From positions 60,184 to 124,183 of IMG/VR virus record IMGVR_UViG_3300023184_003735: DNA of 64,000 nucleotides, one strand, 5' to 3'. This document shows positions 20,689 to 28,331 of the stretch, in pieces. The notes under the pieces were generated by a model. That model did no database searches. It was not told where the DNA came from and was given only the letters and a program-made list of their open reading frames with translations. The stretch is from a virus. Position numbers and translations under genes: made by a program. The stretch's first letter is position 1, and each line of letters begins with the position of its first letter.

Positions 20689-20858
20689 CTGTTTATTGTA
20701 GCAAAAGGGCTGAGAACTTCTTCAGGTTCTTCAACTGCCTTGGGCTTTTCGTAAACCCAACTAACTGGAATCTCCAGTTCTCGGGCAATCTCCATTGCAG
20801 TCCGGCCTTTCTCCAGCAGGTACCGAATGTCCAAATCAAGTTCGCTCATTCTACTCAT
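20685..20858 (-). CDS. Small HTH-like protein (57 aa, MSRMSELDLDIRYLLEKGRTAMEIARELEIPVSWV...)
   Basis: Not in ORF track; SD AAGGAG; EIARELEIPVSWV HTH pattern. Confidence 0.65.
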   Translation of the reverse strand: MSRMSELDLDIRYLLEKGRTAMEIARELEIPVSWVYEKPKAVEEPEEVLSPFATINS

Positions 20859-20873
20859 CGGGTTCTCCTTAAA

Positions 20874-21113
20874 TTACGCTGGTACTCGAGCATCCATCAT
20901 TTCTGACAGGATGAATTTGGCAATGTTCATGTGCTTGCGAACATACTCAACTGAACTGGGGCCAGTGCCCATGGACATCATTTCTTGGCAGTCGCTCATG
21001 ATGCCCATCACAACCATTTCAAGACCTGAACACTGGGCTGTAATACTTTGCATATACTGTTCACGGATCTCTTGTTCTGTGATACCGTAGCACTTGTTTT
21101 CAAATTCTGTCAT
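20874..21113 (-). CDS. Hypothetical protein
   Basis: SD AAGGAG, 79 aa. Confidence 0.7.
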   Translation of the reverse strand: MTEFENKCYGITEQEIREQYMQSITAQCSGLEMVVMGIMSDCQEMMSMGTGPSSVEYVRKHMNIAKFILSEMMDARVPA

Positions 21114-21143
21114 TTGGGGCTCCTTTTGTGTTTGTATGTGTAT

Positions 21144-21172
21144 ATTATAGCAAATTGGGATTTATTGGTCAA
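21144..21172 (-). promoter_or_regulatory. sigma70-like promoter TTGACC-N17-TATAAT
   Basis: Repeated motif. Confidence 0.75.
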
Positions 21173-21402
21173 CCAAATGCTTTGGCTAGTCCAGATGCCC
21201 CAATGCACAAGGCCACAATGTTCACCATCAACTGTGGCCGATTTGCAACACGTATGGTCCAGGCCATAAACAAAATTGTGCCTATAAAAAAGGCAAGAAT
21301 ATTGTAAGGATAAGCCTCAGGGCCCACGGCGTTGAGACTGTGGCCTGCAATGATAAACACTGCTCCGGTCCACTGTAGTATTTCATTGATTTCTAATTTC
21401 AT
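21169..21402 (-). CDS. Small membrane protein (3 TM), probably leaderless
   Basis: Hydrophobic; ATG 6 nt after the -10 box at 21409-21414. Confidence 0.65.
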   Translation of the reverse strand: MKLEINEILQWTGAVFIIAGHSLNAVGPEAYPYNILAFFIGTILFMAWTIRVANRPQLMVNIVALCIGASGLAKAFG

Positions 21403-21408
21403 GTTATT

Positions 21409-21437
21409 ATTATAACCGATCTTGAATATTTGGTCAA
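21409..21437 (-). promoter_or_regulatory. sigma70-like promoter TTGACC-N17-TATAAT
   Basis: Repeated motif. Confidence 0.7.
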
Positions 21438-21440
21438 GTC

Positions 21441-21470
21441 AAAAAAAAGCCCTACATGTAGTAGGGCTTT
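21441..21470 (-). terminator. Rho-independent terminator
   Basis: AAAGCCCTAC/GTAGGGCTTT hairpin followed by T-run on minus strand. Confidence 0.75.
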
Positions 21471-21492
21471 GGTAGTACTCTAGTATTACTTT

Positions 21493-22098
21493 TTACATAG
21501 TGGGTCCGTTGCCACTTTTAAACCCCAACACACCACCTTCTGCTTCGATGCGTCGGTAAACGTCTTCCAACAAGATGGGTGCAAAGTCTGTTTGTTCCAC
21601 ACAAACGCAATGGTAGCGTGGATCGATTTCGGTTCCGTACAAGATTTCGCCAGTACGGGCATCTACACCACGTGCCTTCTTCACACGACTAGCGTGTAAG
21701 TGTCCGTGAATATTACACCCAAATCTACCAAGACTTGCTTCGTGTATAGGAATGTGACTCAAAATAAGTCCGTTCATCACATGGTATGCACGTAACTCAC
21801 GAAAGTATTCGCGGTATTCGTCATCACGGAAGATGTCATGGTTGCCACGGATCAACACCTTGTCGCCGTTCAAGCGAGCCAATGTAGGCAATGCCTTACG
21901 ATTGATCACAACGTCACCCAGGTGATACACCTTGTCGTTAGGACGCACACGGTCGTTCCAGCGCCGGATCATTTCTTCATCCATCTCGTCAGGATCCGTC
22001 CAGGGACGCAATTTCACTTCGGGATCGTCTGGGTGGGTGAAGCGACAGACACCGGCATGACCAAAGTGTGTGTCACTGACTAAAAATACTGCTGGCAT
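21493..22098 (-). CDS. Calcineurin-like metallophosphoesterase
   Basis: SDTHFGH, HLGD, GNHD, HGHLH. Confidence 0.9.
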   Translation of the reverse strand: MPAVFLVSDTHFGHAGVCRFTHPDDPEVKLRPWTDPDEMDEEMIRRWNDRVRPNDKVYHLGDVVINRKALPTLARLNGDKVLIRGNHDIFRDDEYREYFRELRAYHVMNGLILSHIPIHEASLGRFGCNIHGHLHASRVKKARGVDARTGEILYGTEIDPRYHCVCVEQTDFAPILLEDVYRRIEAEGGVLGFKSGNGPTM

Positions 22099-22123
22099 CT
22101 TGTGCTCCTTTCTCTATTTTGTA

Positions 22124-22152
22124 ATTATAACATTTTGCTGATATTTGGTCAA
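22124..22152 (-). promoter_or_regulatory. sigma70-like promoter TTGACC-N17-TATAAT
   Basis: Repeated motif. Confidence 0.7.
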
Positions 22153-22634
22153 TCAGTAGAAAGTACTACTTCTTGCCAGGTGTGATCTCCCATGTACTTG
22201 ACTTGCATTATGTACTGGTAGTCCTCTGGCACTCCGGTGTTCCAGTCATCGGGCCCGGTCACAACCAATAGATTTTTCTCATGACGTTTGTGCCATACCA
22301 ACCAATAGCAGTTGCCCATGACAATTTGAAAATTGTATTCGGCAGCATACACAGCATCAGTCACTTCCAGTCTGCGCCGGATGTCATCTGCTTGTTTTTG
22401 TAGTACGGTGACCAGTTCAACTATGCGATCATATTCTTGCTGGGCATACATCCTGGCATGATTGATCATGAGATCTTTTTGTTTTTCTACAGGTACTAGA
22501 TCAAACTTGGGACCTAGTGTACTGGTGGCGTAAGGTGTTACATTTCTGTTGAAAAAATGTACCAAGGTGTTGCCAGTCGCAACATCAAAACTTTCACGAC
22601 CCTTGGCTGAGTTTGGCTGATCAGAATCCGCCAT
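22149..22634 (-). CDS. Hypothetical protein (DUF2452-like)
   Basis: Coiled segment, YNFQIVMG..Y, DHTW end. Confidence 0.6.
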   Translation of the reverse strand: MADSDQPNSAKGRESFDVATGNTLVHFFNRNVTPYATSTLGPKFDLVPVEKQKDLMINHARMYAQQEYDRIVELVTVLQKQADDIRRRLEVTDAVYAAEYNFQIVMGNCYWLVWHKRHEKNLLVVTGPDDWNTGVPEDYQYIMQVKYMGDHTWQEVVLSTD

Positions 22635-22914
22635 GTTCCCGGTAGCGACGACGTGGTTCAATGTCCAACTGCTTGTACAGATACTCACGACCAATTAGTC
22701 GGTGTTCGATCTCTTTGAGAGCAGTTACTACTGCACTGTGTTTAGGACCATCAATCTTTGGTCGGTCGCCACGACCTAGTTCTCTGGCACGACGAGCACC
22801 GATCAGCACTAGGTCGTAACGATTCTCTACAGCCTCAACTGCGGCCTCATTGCTGAGTCCTAGTGTTGATTCATATGCAAGTGCGTCTTGGATGTCTTGG
22901 ACTTTATTCATCAT
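22621..22914 (-). CDS. rpoZ: RNA polymerase omega subunit homolog
   Basis: AVEAVENRYDLVLIGARRAREL...VVTALKEI matches omega conserved regions. Confidence 0.85.
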   Translation of the reverse strand: MMNKVQDIQDALAYESTLGLSNEAAVEAVENRYDLVLIGARRARELGRGDRPKIDGPKHSAVVTALKEIEHRLIGREYLYKQLDIEPRRRYREHGGF

Positions 22915-23209
22915 CTTCCTTTGTTGTTAAACCATTTGAATGTGTATCGCGAATCACTTCCATGTTTTGGAACAGTCGCTTTTCTTGTTGTGTTAATCTA
23001 TCTTTGTGTGTCTTGCGTGGATTTCCACAGAGATAACATTGGGGGTTACCACAGTCCATGGCATGATGCTTGGCCAATCTATGGGTTTGTTTGATGTTAC
23101 GCTGGTTGTATGTTGCATGGCTTTTGGCAATTTTTACTTGCCTTGAAATTGCCACATCTGTTTTGTGACGACGTTTGGAGTTTAGGTATCGGGCTAGATC
23201 GTTGCTCAT
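22904..23209 (-). CDS. Hypothetical protein with CGNPQCYLCGNPR motif
   Basis: 101 aa, basic, Cys cluster. Confidence 0.7.
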   Translation of the reverse strand: MSNDLARYLNSKRRHKTDVAISRQVKIAKSHATYNQRNIKQTHRLAKHHAMDCGNPQCYLCGNPRKTHKDRLTQQEKRLFQNMEVIRDTHSNGLTTKEDDE

Positions 23210-23258
23210 ACAGTTATTTAATAATGTAGGACTAGTATAACATAATCCTACATCATTG

Positions 23259-23765
23259 TCAACTGTTTAGAACTTTTGCAACCGAATTCATTACTGCCGC
23301 GATTCTGCCAATATCTCTTAACTGCTCGACAATATAACCCATAGTCTTCAAGCCATCGTAATGGGCTTTCACGCAGAACTCGCATTTGCCCACAATGCTT
23401 GCAGCCAAACTGAATGCTTCAAAGTTAGACTTTGTAGTTCCACCATGGCTAGCAATCGCGTTCATGCGTAACTGTGCAGGTAAACCTTTTAGAGCCGGGT
23501 CGTCGGCCATTTCAACGTAGGGGTACCAGACGTTGTTTTGGGCCATGATGCTGGCTGCTGTCATTGCTGACTCTGCGTGTACTGGAGCATCTGCCAAAAT
23601 TACTGATAGTATTTTACCGTTGCCAGTCGCGGCCAGTGCGGCCACAGCACAACCCATGGCCACATCAGGATCCAATGTGCTACGCAAAAGTACAGCATCA
23701 AGATTTAACTTGGTGTCTTTTGCGTAGTCTGGCAACGCGCCTTTTACTGATTCAATAAAACTCAT
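23259..23765 (-). CDS. ahpD: Alkylhydroperoxidase AhpD
   Basis: LPDYAKDTKLNL, MAQNNVWY, SIVGKCEFCVKAH. Confidence 0.9.
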   Translation of the reverse strand: MSFIESVKGALPDYAKDTKLNLDAVLLRSTLDPDVAMGCAVAALAATGNGKILSVILADAPVHAESAMTAASIMAQNNVWYPYVEMADDPALKGLPAQLRMNAIASHGGTTKSNFEAFSLAASIVGKCEFCVKAHYDGLKTMGYIVEQLRDIGRIAAVMNSVAKVLNS

Positions 23766-23766
23766 T

Positions 23767-24402
23767 TTAATATCTCCCTGATGCTAATACGATTTGACAA
23801 ATATGTTCCAATCGCTCAATATGTTCAAAGGCTCGCCATGGACTTGTATCAACTGAAACAATACCATGCCCTTTAATACCTACAATATCATAGGCAATGT
23901 TACCATCAAAATCAAGTTCTAATTTGCGATGGCACTCATCTGCCAATTCTTGACTGATTGGAGGAACATCACCTACGTTAAATGCTACCTTTGTATATCT
24001 GCTGAGTTCCGGAAACTCTTTAGCAATTTCACCTAACTCAATGCCAGCATGCATTGCGGCAACACAATAGGTGGGATGGAAGTGCATTACCACACGAACA
24101 TCTGTACTATGTTGACCCATCTTCTTTTGTAAACCAAAATGAAGTGGAAGTTCACCACTGGGTTTTAAATTGGCACTGATATCACTATATGGAAGTTCTA
24201 TAGCATTCCAACGCTCAATGGGTTGATACATAATACCAATTTTCTTAAACTGGTCAGGTTGCATAGTCTGCTTACGAACGCCACTGGGTGTGATATAAAA
24301 GTGATCACGATCGTGATGACGAATACTTACATTGCCATCACGACTGGTAATCCAGTTGCGCCTATATGCTTCAACCATTGTGTCGCATATGGTTTCTAAC
24401 AT
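23767..24402 (-). CDS. Class II aldolase/adducin family protein
   Basis: DGNVS, ITPSG, PSGELPLH, HFHP, GHG. Confidence 0.85.
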   Translation of the reverse strand: MLETICDTMVEAYRRNWITSRDGNVSIRHHDRDHFYITPSGVRKQTMQPDQFKKIGIMYQPIERWNAIELPYSDISANLKPSGELPLHFGLQKKMGQHSTDVRVVMHFHPTYCVAAMHAGIELGEIAKEFPELSRYTKVAFNVGDVPPISQELADECHRKLELDFDGNIAYDIVGIKGHGIVSVDTSPWRAFEHIERLEHICQIVLASGRY

Positions 24403-24941
24403 TACAAGGTCTCGCCGCCTACTGTACGGTTACATGCACACAATTCTCCAGTCTGCAATGCGTCTAATACACGCAATGTTTCTTCTGGGCTACGACCCAC
24501 GTTCAAGTTGTTAACTGTGACGTGTTGGATTTCATTGTTGGGGTCAATGATGAATGTTGCACGTAGTGCGGCACCTGCTGGAGCATAGAACACACCCAGT
24601 TGTTCAATTAATGATAACTCACCACGCTGTGTGTCAGCAAACTGATGGTGGGTGATCTTCTTAAGATCTTCATGTGCTGTTTGCCATGCCACTTTGCAAA
24701 ACTCATTGTCTGTTGAACCGGTTAACAAAATAGCATCACGGTCGGCAAAGTCCGTGGCCAACCGGTCATAGGCCACAATCTCAGTTGGGCACACAAATGT
24801 AAAATCTTTTGGATAGTACACAATCACTTTCCACTTGCCTTCGAATGATTCGTCAGTAATGGTATAAAATGCGTCTTGGGGTTGTCCAGGTTTCACGCCA
24901 GTGACAGCAAATGGTGTTAACTTATCGCCTACAGTTTTCAT
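24402..24941 (-). CDS. ahpC: Peroxiredoxin AhpC
   Basis: YPKDFTFVCPTE, GRSPEETLR, LCAC; SD AGGAG. Confidence 0.93.
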   Translation of the reverse strand: MKTVGDKLTPFAVTGVKPGQPQDAFYTITDESFEGKWKVIVYYPKDFTFVCPTEIVAYDRLATDFADRDAILLTGSTDNEFCKVAWQTAHEDLKKITHHQFADTQRGELSLIEQLGVFYAPAGAALRATFIIDPNNEIQHVTVNNLNVGRSPEETLRVLDALQTGELCACNRTVGGETL

Positions 24942-25063
24942 ATTTTCTCCTTGATTAATGAAACTCAGTGTTTGTACTGAGTCATTATTATATAGCATAG
25001 GAGATGTCTAAGTCAAGGCATTTTGCCATTGATTTTTTCTATGTTGACAATTGATTTTGTAAA

Positions 25064-25372
25064 TTATGTAGGATCAACTTGAGAACTGGTTATGTTACCA
25101 GGATAAGTTAAAGAGGTTGGCACGGTTTGCATTGTTTCAAGCCAGGCATTGGCAATTTCCAATGTGTCCCAGGAACGCACTACAGTTCTTGTACCAGTAT
25201 CATAATCTATGGTTTCACTAACAAGATTGTCTGTATCTGTTGGTATTCCTTGCGATTGAAAAAATTCAAGTAATGGTGGTTTTGATTTCAATGTAAATTC
25301 TCTCACCGTTTCGGCCATGACTTCTTGAGAATCTTGATAGGTAAATCTAAAAACTACGGTAGTTGTTGGCAT
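25064..25372 (-). CDS. Hypothetical protein
   Basis: SD AAGGAGG; TATAAATA late-type motif at 25397-25404. Confidence 0.7.
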   Translation of the reverse strand: MPTTTVVFRFTYQDSQEVMAETVREFTLKSKPPLLEFFQSQGIPTDTDNLVSETIDYDTGTRTVVRSWDTLEIANAWLETMQTVPTSLTYPGNITSSQVDPT

Positions 25373-25405
25373 ATTAGCCTCCTTAAGTTGATCATGTATT
25401 TATAC

Positions 25406-25482
25406 TGGCCGGCCCTGAGGGACTCGAACCCCCAACCTCCAGTTTCGAAGACTGGCACTCTAATCCATTGAGTTAAGGACCG
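25406..25482 (-). tRNA. tRNA-Arg(TCG)
   Basis: Cloverleaf; CCAGT-CT TCG AA-ACTGG; encoded CCA. Confidence 0.9.
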
Positions 25483-25488
25483 TTTTGT

Positions 25489-25562
25489 TGGTGCTCCTAA
25501 CTGGTAACGATCCAGTGTTTCTACATTACCAATGCCGTGTAATGCTATTATACTATGAGAGC
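25489..25562 (-). tRNA. tRNA-Thr(GGT)
   Basis: TT GGT AA loop; atypical T-loop ATCGTTA; CCA. Confidence 0.82.
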
Positions 25563-25565
25563 AAT

Positions 25566-25639
25566 TGGAGCGGGATAGGAGAATCGAACTCCTACGATAA
25601 CCTTGGCAAGGTCACAGGCAACCATTACATCAATCCCGC
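25566..25639 (-). tRNA. tRNA-Gly(GCC)
   Basis: GCGGGAT acceptor, TT GCC AA, TCCA end. Confidence 0.9.
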
Positions 25640-25645
25640 CTAAAC

Positions 25646-26116
25646 TTACGCTGCCAAACTCTTGAATCTATCTGCGGCGTAACTGGCTGCAAATGCTTGG
25701 GGTTTGACAAAAGGTATCACATTACATGTACCTTTGATGTATCCAATGGCTTGTGAAATTACACAACTTGATCCGTGCATTTCGTTGGGATTGATGTCCA
25801 GGTGAACCTCAACTTCTCGCCCTTCTAGTACCTCTGCCAGTTTAAGGTACAATTCGCTCACTTTGTATACTTCGGTCATCAAACGTAAACTAGGGCGACT
25901 GGCCTTCTGGTCCCAGTCGCGTTCACGTTGTACTTCGCCAAACAGTTTGCAACCGTTGTTGCCATTGATATGGACCACAATAGCCAGCACATAATCGGCA
26001 TGCCAGGCACCTTCTACTTTGACACGTTCACTATCGCAACCAAGATAGATTTTTGTTTCAGGTGTTTGGGCCCGGATAAATTCTGCCACTTGGTCAATGT
26101 CTAGTTTTTTCATCAT
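25646..26116 (-). CDS. RNase H-like YkuK/DUF458 family protein
   Basis: IYLGCDS, RLMTEV, EVHLDIN, KPQAFAASYAAD. Confidence 0.8.
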   Translation of the reverse strand: MMKKLDIDQVAEFIRAQTPETKIYLGCDSERVKVEGAWHADYVLAIVVHINGNNGCKLFGEVQRERDWDQKASRPSLRLMTEVYKVSELYLKLAEVLEGREVEVHLDINPNEMHGSSCVISQAIGYIKGTCNVIPFVKPQAFAASYAADRFKSLAA

Positions 26117-26156
26117 TTGCCTTTTATTTAACTCTATAAACATTACGGTTTTATTA

Positions 26157-26233
26157 TGGTGCCCCAAGAGAGACTCGAACTCTCAAAATTTGGCTTTTAA
26201 GACCAACACGTATACCAATTCCGTCATCGGGGC
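26157..26233 (-). tRNA. tRNA-Leu(TAA), short variable loop
   Basis: TTGGT-CT TAA AA-GCCAA; CCA. Confidence 0.87.
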
Positions 26234-26241
26234 AAAAATAC

Positions 26242-26315
26242 TGGCACGGGAACTAGGGCTCGAACCTAGAATGACAGAGTCAAAGTCTGTAGTGTTACCA
26301 TTACACCATTCCCGA
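26242..26315 (-). tRNA. tRNA-Gln(TTG)
   Basis: ACAGA-CT TTG AC-TCTGT; GCCA. Confidence 0.9.
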
Positions 26316-26325
26316 ACAAAAATCT

Positions 26326-26400
26326 TGGTGGATGAGAGTAGAGTCGAACTACCACCGGACTCCGTATGAAGGAGGGGCACTACCATTATGCTACTCATCC
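26326..26400 (-). tRNA. tRNA-Met(CAT), probably elongator
   Basis: GGATGAG/CTCATCC acceptor, TT CAT AC loop. Confidence 0.85.
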
Positions 26401-26401
26401 T

Positions 26402-26483
26402 TGGTACCCCTGCCCCGACTCGAACGGGGATATCATACTCCTCTGTTTGAGAGAGGCGACTTTACCAATTTGTCCACAGGGGC
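26402..26483 (-). tRNA. tRNA-Leu(CAA)
   Basis: CCTCT-CT CAA AC-AGAGG; ACCA. Confidence 0.88.
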
Positions 26484-26488
26484 CGACT

Positions 26489-26565
26489 TGGGGTGCATGA
26501 TGGGATTCGAACCCACGAGTATCGGAATCACAATCCGAGGTCTTGACCGCTTGACGACACGCACC
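26489..26565 (-). tRNA. tRNA-His(GTG) with encoded G-1
   Basis: TCGGA-TT GTG AT-TCCGA; CCCA end. Confidence 0.9.
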
Positions 26566-26644
26566 ATACAAAAACACACTGCCTCTCTTTATGGTCGGAG
26601 CCCATGGTAAAGACGTCGCTCCTCGGCAGTGTGTTTTTGTATGG
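26564..26644 (-). ncRNA. Long-stem structured RNA cassette (20-bp perfect terminal helix)
   Basis: CCATACAAAAACACACTGCC / GGCAGTGTGTTTTTGTATGG enclosing 41 nt. Confidence 0.55.
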
Positions 26645-26669
26645 TAGGGGCACAGAGAATCGAACTCTA
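26642..26669 (-). pseudogene. tRNA 3' remnant (T-arm + acceptor strand + CCA)
   Basis: TAGAGTTCGATTCTCTGTGCCCCTACCA with no matching 5' half; overlaps HNH stop. Confidence 0.75.
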
Positions 26670-27248
26670 CTTCTCTAACAATCTTTTTGCTCTGGAATAG
26701 TTGTTACCCTTTGCCGCAATTCCTGCTTTGAGCAAACCTTGTCTTATACTACTGGTTTCTTTAAGACATTGTAGTAAAAATTCATCGGTTACTACATTTA
26801 CGCCGTTTTTAGAAGGTTTGTTTCGTCCCCTCCATGTATCAGTGATACTATGGCAGTTTGGGCACAGTCCTTCTAAATTTTCTCTAGTATTGTTTTGATT
26901 GTTGCCATCTTTGTGCTCAAGTTCAAGTGGAATTTTGAACCCCTGCCACTCACTTACGCCACATTTATTACAGCAATGATTTTGTTCTTCAAATACTCTG
27001 CGTCGTCTGTTTTCCATACCTAATTCAGAAAATGGAGTAGCATTATATTTGTCTAGCCACGCCTGTTTGATATTTGCTCTCCATTGATCTACATCAGAGA
27101 TAAGTCCACGTGTACTAGGCTTTCCCTTTAATGCAATACTTTTTTTACGTTTACTTTCATCGGAAAACTCCCGACTATTAGCACATGTTCTAGAACAAAA
27201 TGTTCCAGATTTGCTATGTTCTGTTTTACACTTAGGACATTGTTTCAT
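26667..27248 (-). mobile_element. HNH homing endonuclease in the tRNA array
   Basis: N-terminal CPKC/FCSRTC zinc finger; CNKC...LELEHKDGNNQNNTRENLEGLCPNCH. Confidence 0.88.
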
Positions 27249-27308
27249 ATCGAACCCTATTAAATTATAGAAGTATTTAGTAGAGTTCCATATAAAACAA
27301 CTCATAAA

Positions 27309-27382
27309 TGGTGAGACCGGAAGGTACTGCCCCTTCTTAGTCGGATTAAAAGTCCGATACTTTACTTTTAAGTTACGATCCC
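27309..27382 (-). tRNA. tRNA-Lys(TTT), atypical T-loop GGCAGTA
   Basis: TCGGA-CT TTT AA-TCCGA; GGGATCG/CGGTCTC acceptor; ACCA. Confidence 0.8.
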
Positions 27383-27412
27383 ACTAATCTTATCACTCTT
27401 GTCACTAGTCAT
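27368..27412 (-). CDS. Putative mini-ORF MTSDKSDKISGIVT running into tRNA-Lys
   Basis: Strong SD AAGGAGA upstream; stop inside tRNA D-arm. Confidence 0.4.
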   Translation of the reverse strand: MTSDKSDKISGIVT

Positions 27413-27434
27413 GACACTTCTCCTTAGAAAAAAT

Positions 27435-27509
27435 TGGTGCCGCCGGGTGGGAACGATCCACCGACCCTTGCCTTATCAAGACAATGCTCTACCACTGAGC
27501 TACGGAGGC
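27435..27509 (-). tRNA. tRNA-Ile(GAT)
   Basis: TTGTC-TT GAT AA-GGCAA; ACCA. Confidence 0.88.
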
Positions 27510-27673
27510 TATAAATATGCGTATGATTACCGCTGACAATGCCATGATATTCTTGTACCAGGCGGCACAAGGCACTTATCAACAACGATTTTATTCTACT
27601 ACCACACGCAGGTTCACTCTTGATACCATGCTGATCAATCCACGGAAAGAGTTTAAAATTGATACTACGTTTG

Positions 27674-27749
27674 TGGTGCCTCCTCCAGGTTCCGACCCTG
27701 GTTCCCCGGATTTTCAGTCCGGTGCTATGACCACATCAGCTAAAGAGGC
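27674..27749 (-). tRNA. tRNA-Phe(GAA)
   Basis: CCGGA-CT GAA AA-TCCGG; ACCA. Confidence 0.88.
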
Positions 27750-27754
27750 ATAAT

Positions 27755-27830
27755 TGGTACATCCTGACGGGCTCGAACCGCCGACAGCCTCGGTGTAAGC
27801 GAGGAACTCTACCAACTGAGTTAAGGATGC
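27755..27830 (-). tRNA. tRNA-Val(TAC)
   Basis: CCTCG-CT TAC AC-CGAGG; ACCA. Confidence 0.9.
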
Positions 27831-27835
27831 ATGTT

Positions 27836-27928
27836 TGGCGGAAGACGGAGGAGTCGAACCCCATCCCATTTTGTGAGAACCTGGTTTTCAAGGCCAGTCG
27901 CGGCACCAACGCCACTGCATCATCTTCC
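27836..27928 (-). tRNA. tRNA-Ser(TGA), probable 8/4 fold
   Basis: CT TGA AA loop, long variable arm, GGAAGATG/CGTCTTCC acceptor, GCCA. Confidence 0.85.
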
Positions 27929-27934
27929 TGAATT

Positions 27935-28012
27935 TGGAGCAACGGGCTGGATTCGAACCAGCGGCTTTTGGGATTTGCAATCCCATGCATTGGGCCACTC
28001 TGCCACCGTTGC
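27935..28012 (-). tRNA. tRNA-Cys(GCA)
   Basis: TGGGA-TT GCA AA-TCCCA; TCCA. Confidence 0.9.
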
Positions 28013-28016
28013 ATAT

Positions 28017-28094
28017 TGGTCGGAATGGTGGGATTCGAACTCACGACCCTCTGCTCCCAAAGCAGATGCGCTAACCAGACTGCGCTACACTCCG
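28017..28094 (-). tRNA. tRNA-Pro(TGG)
   Basis: CGGAGTG start, TT TGG GA loop. Confidence 0.92.
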
Positions 28095-28330
28095 AATTTT
28101 TTCTTGATCCACATACCAAACAGTGTGCCACAGTAGGCACCTGCTAGAGCAGGTATCAAGGCCCAATGGTCTTCTGTGTAGTTGATTACTGCTACACTGG
28201 CTGTGAAGGTCACTGCCATGCTCCACCACGCGGCCATTAAGGGACGATTGTCTTGAATTGATTTCACAAAGTAAACGTAAATCAAGTCAGTTGCAAATAC
28301 TGCAAAAAAAGTTATGATATAAGCCCACAT
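28085..28330 (-). CDS. Small membrane protein (3 TM)
   Basis: Hydrophobic; stop codon lies inside tRNA-Pro 5' end. Confidence 0.65.
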   Translation of the reverse strand: MWAYIITFFAVFATDLIYVYFVKSIQDNRPLMAAWWSMAVTFTASVAVINYTEDHWALIPALAGAYCGTLFGMWIKKKFGV

Positions 28331-28331
28331 A

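Noticed and set aside
26667-27248. HNH as part of a tRNA intron
   Set aside because: No matching 5' tRNA half upstream (tRNA-Lys is complete with its own CCA) and no room for intron core elements.
27517-27753. + strand 78-aa ORF with TATAAATA upstream inside the tRNA array
   Set aside because: Last third is antisense to tRNA-Phe, no SD and no recognisable motif; may be a gene fragment but unsupported.
27836-27928. Possible selenocysteine tRNA (GGAAGAT start, 8-bp acceptor)
   Set aside because: Anticodon is TGA (Ser), not TCA.
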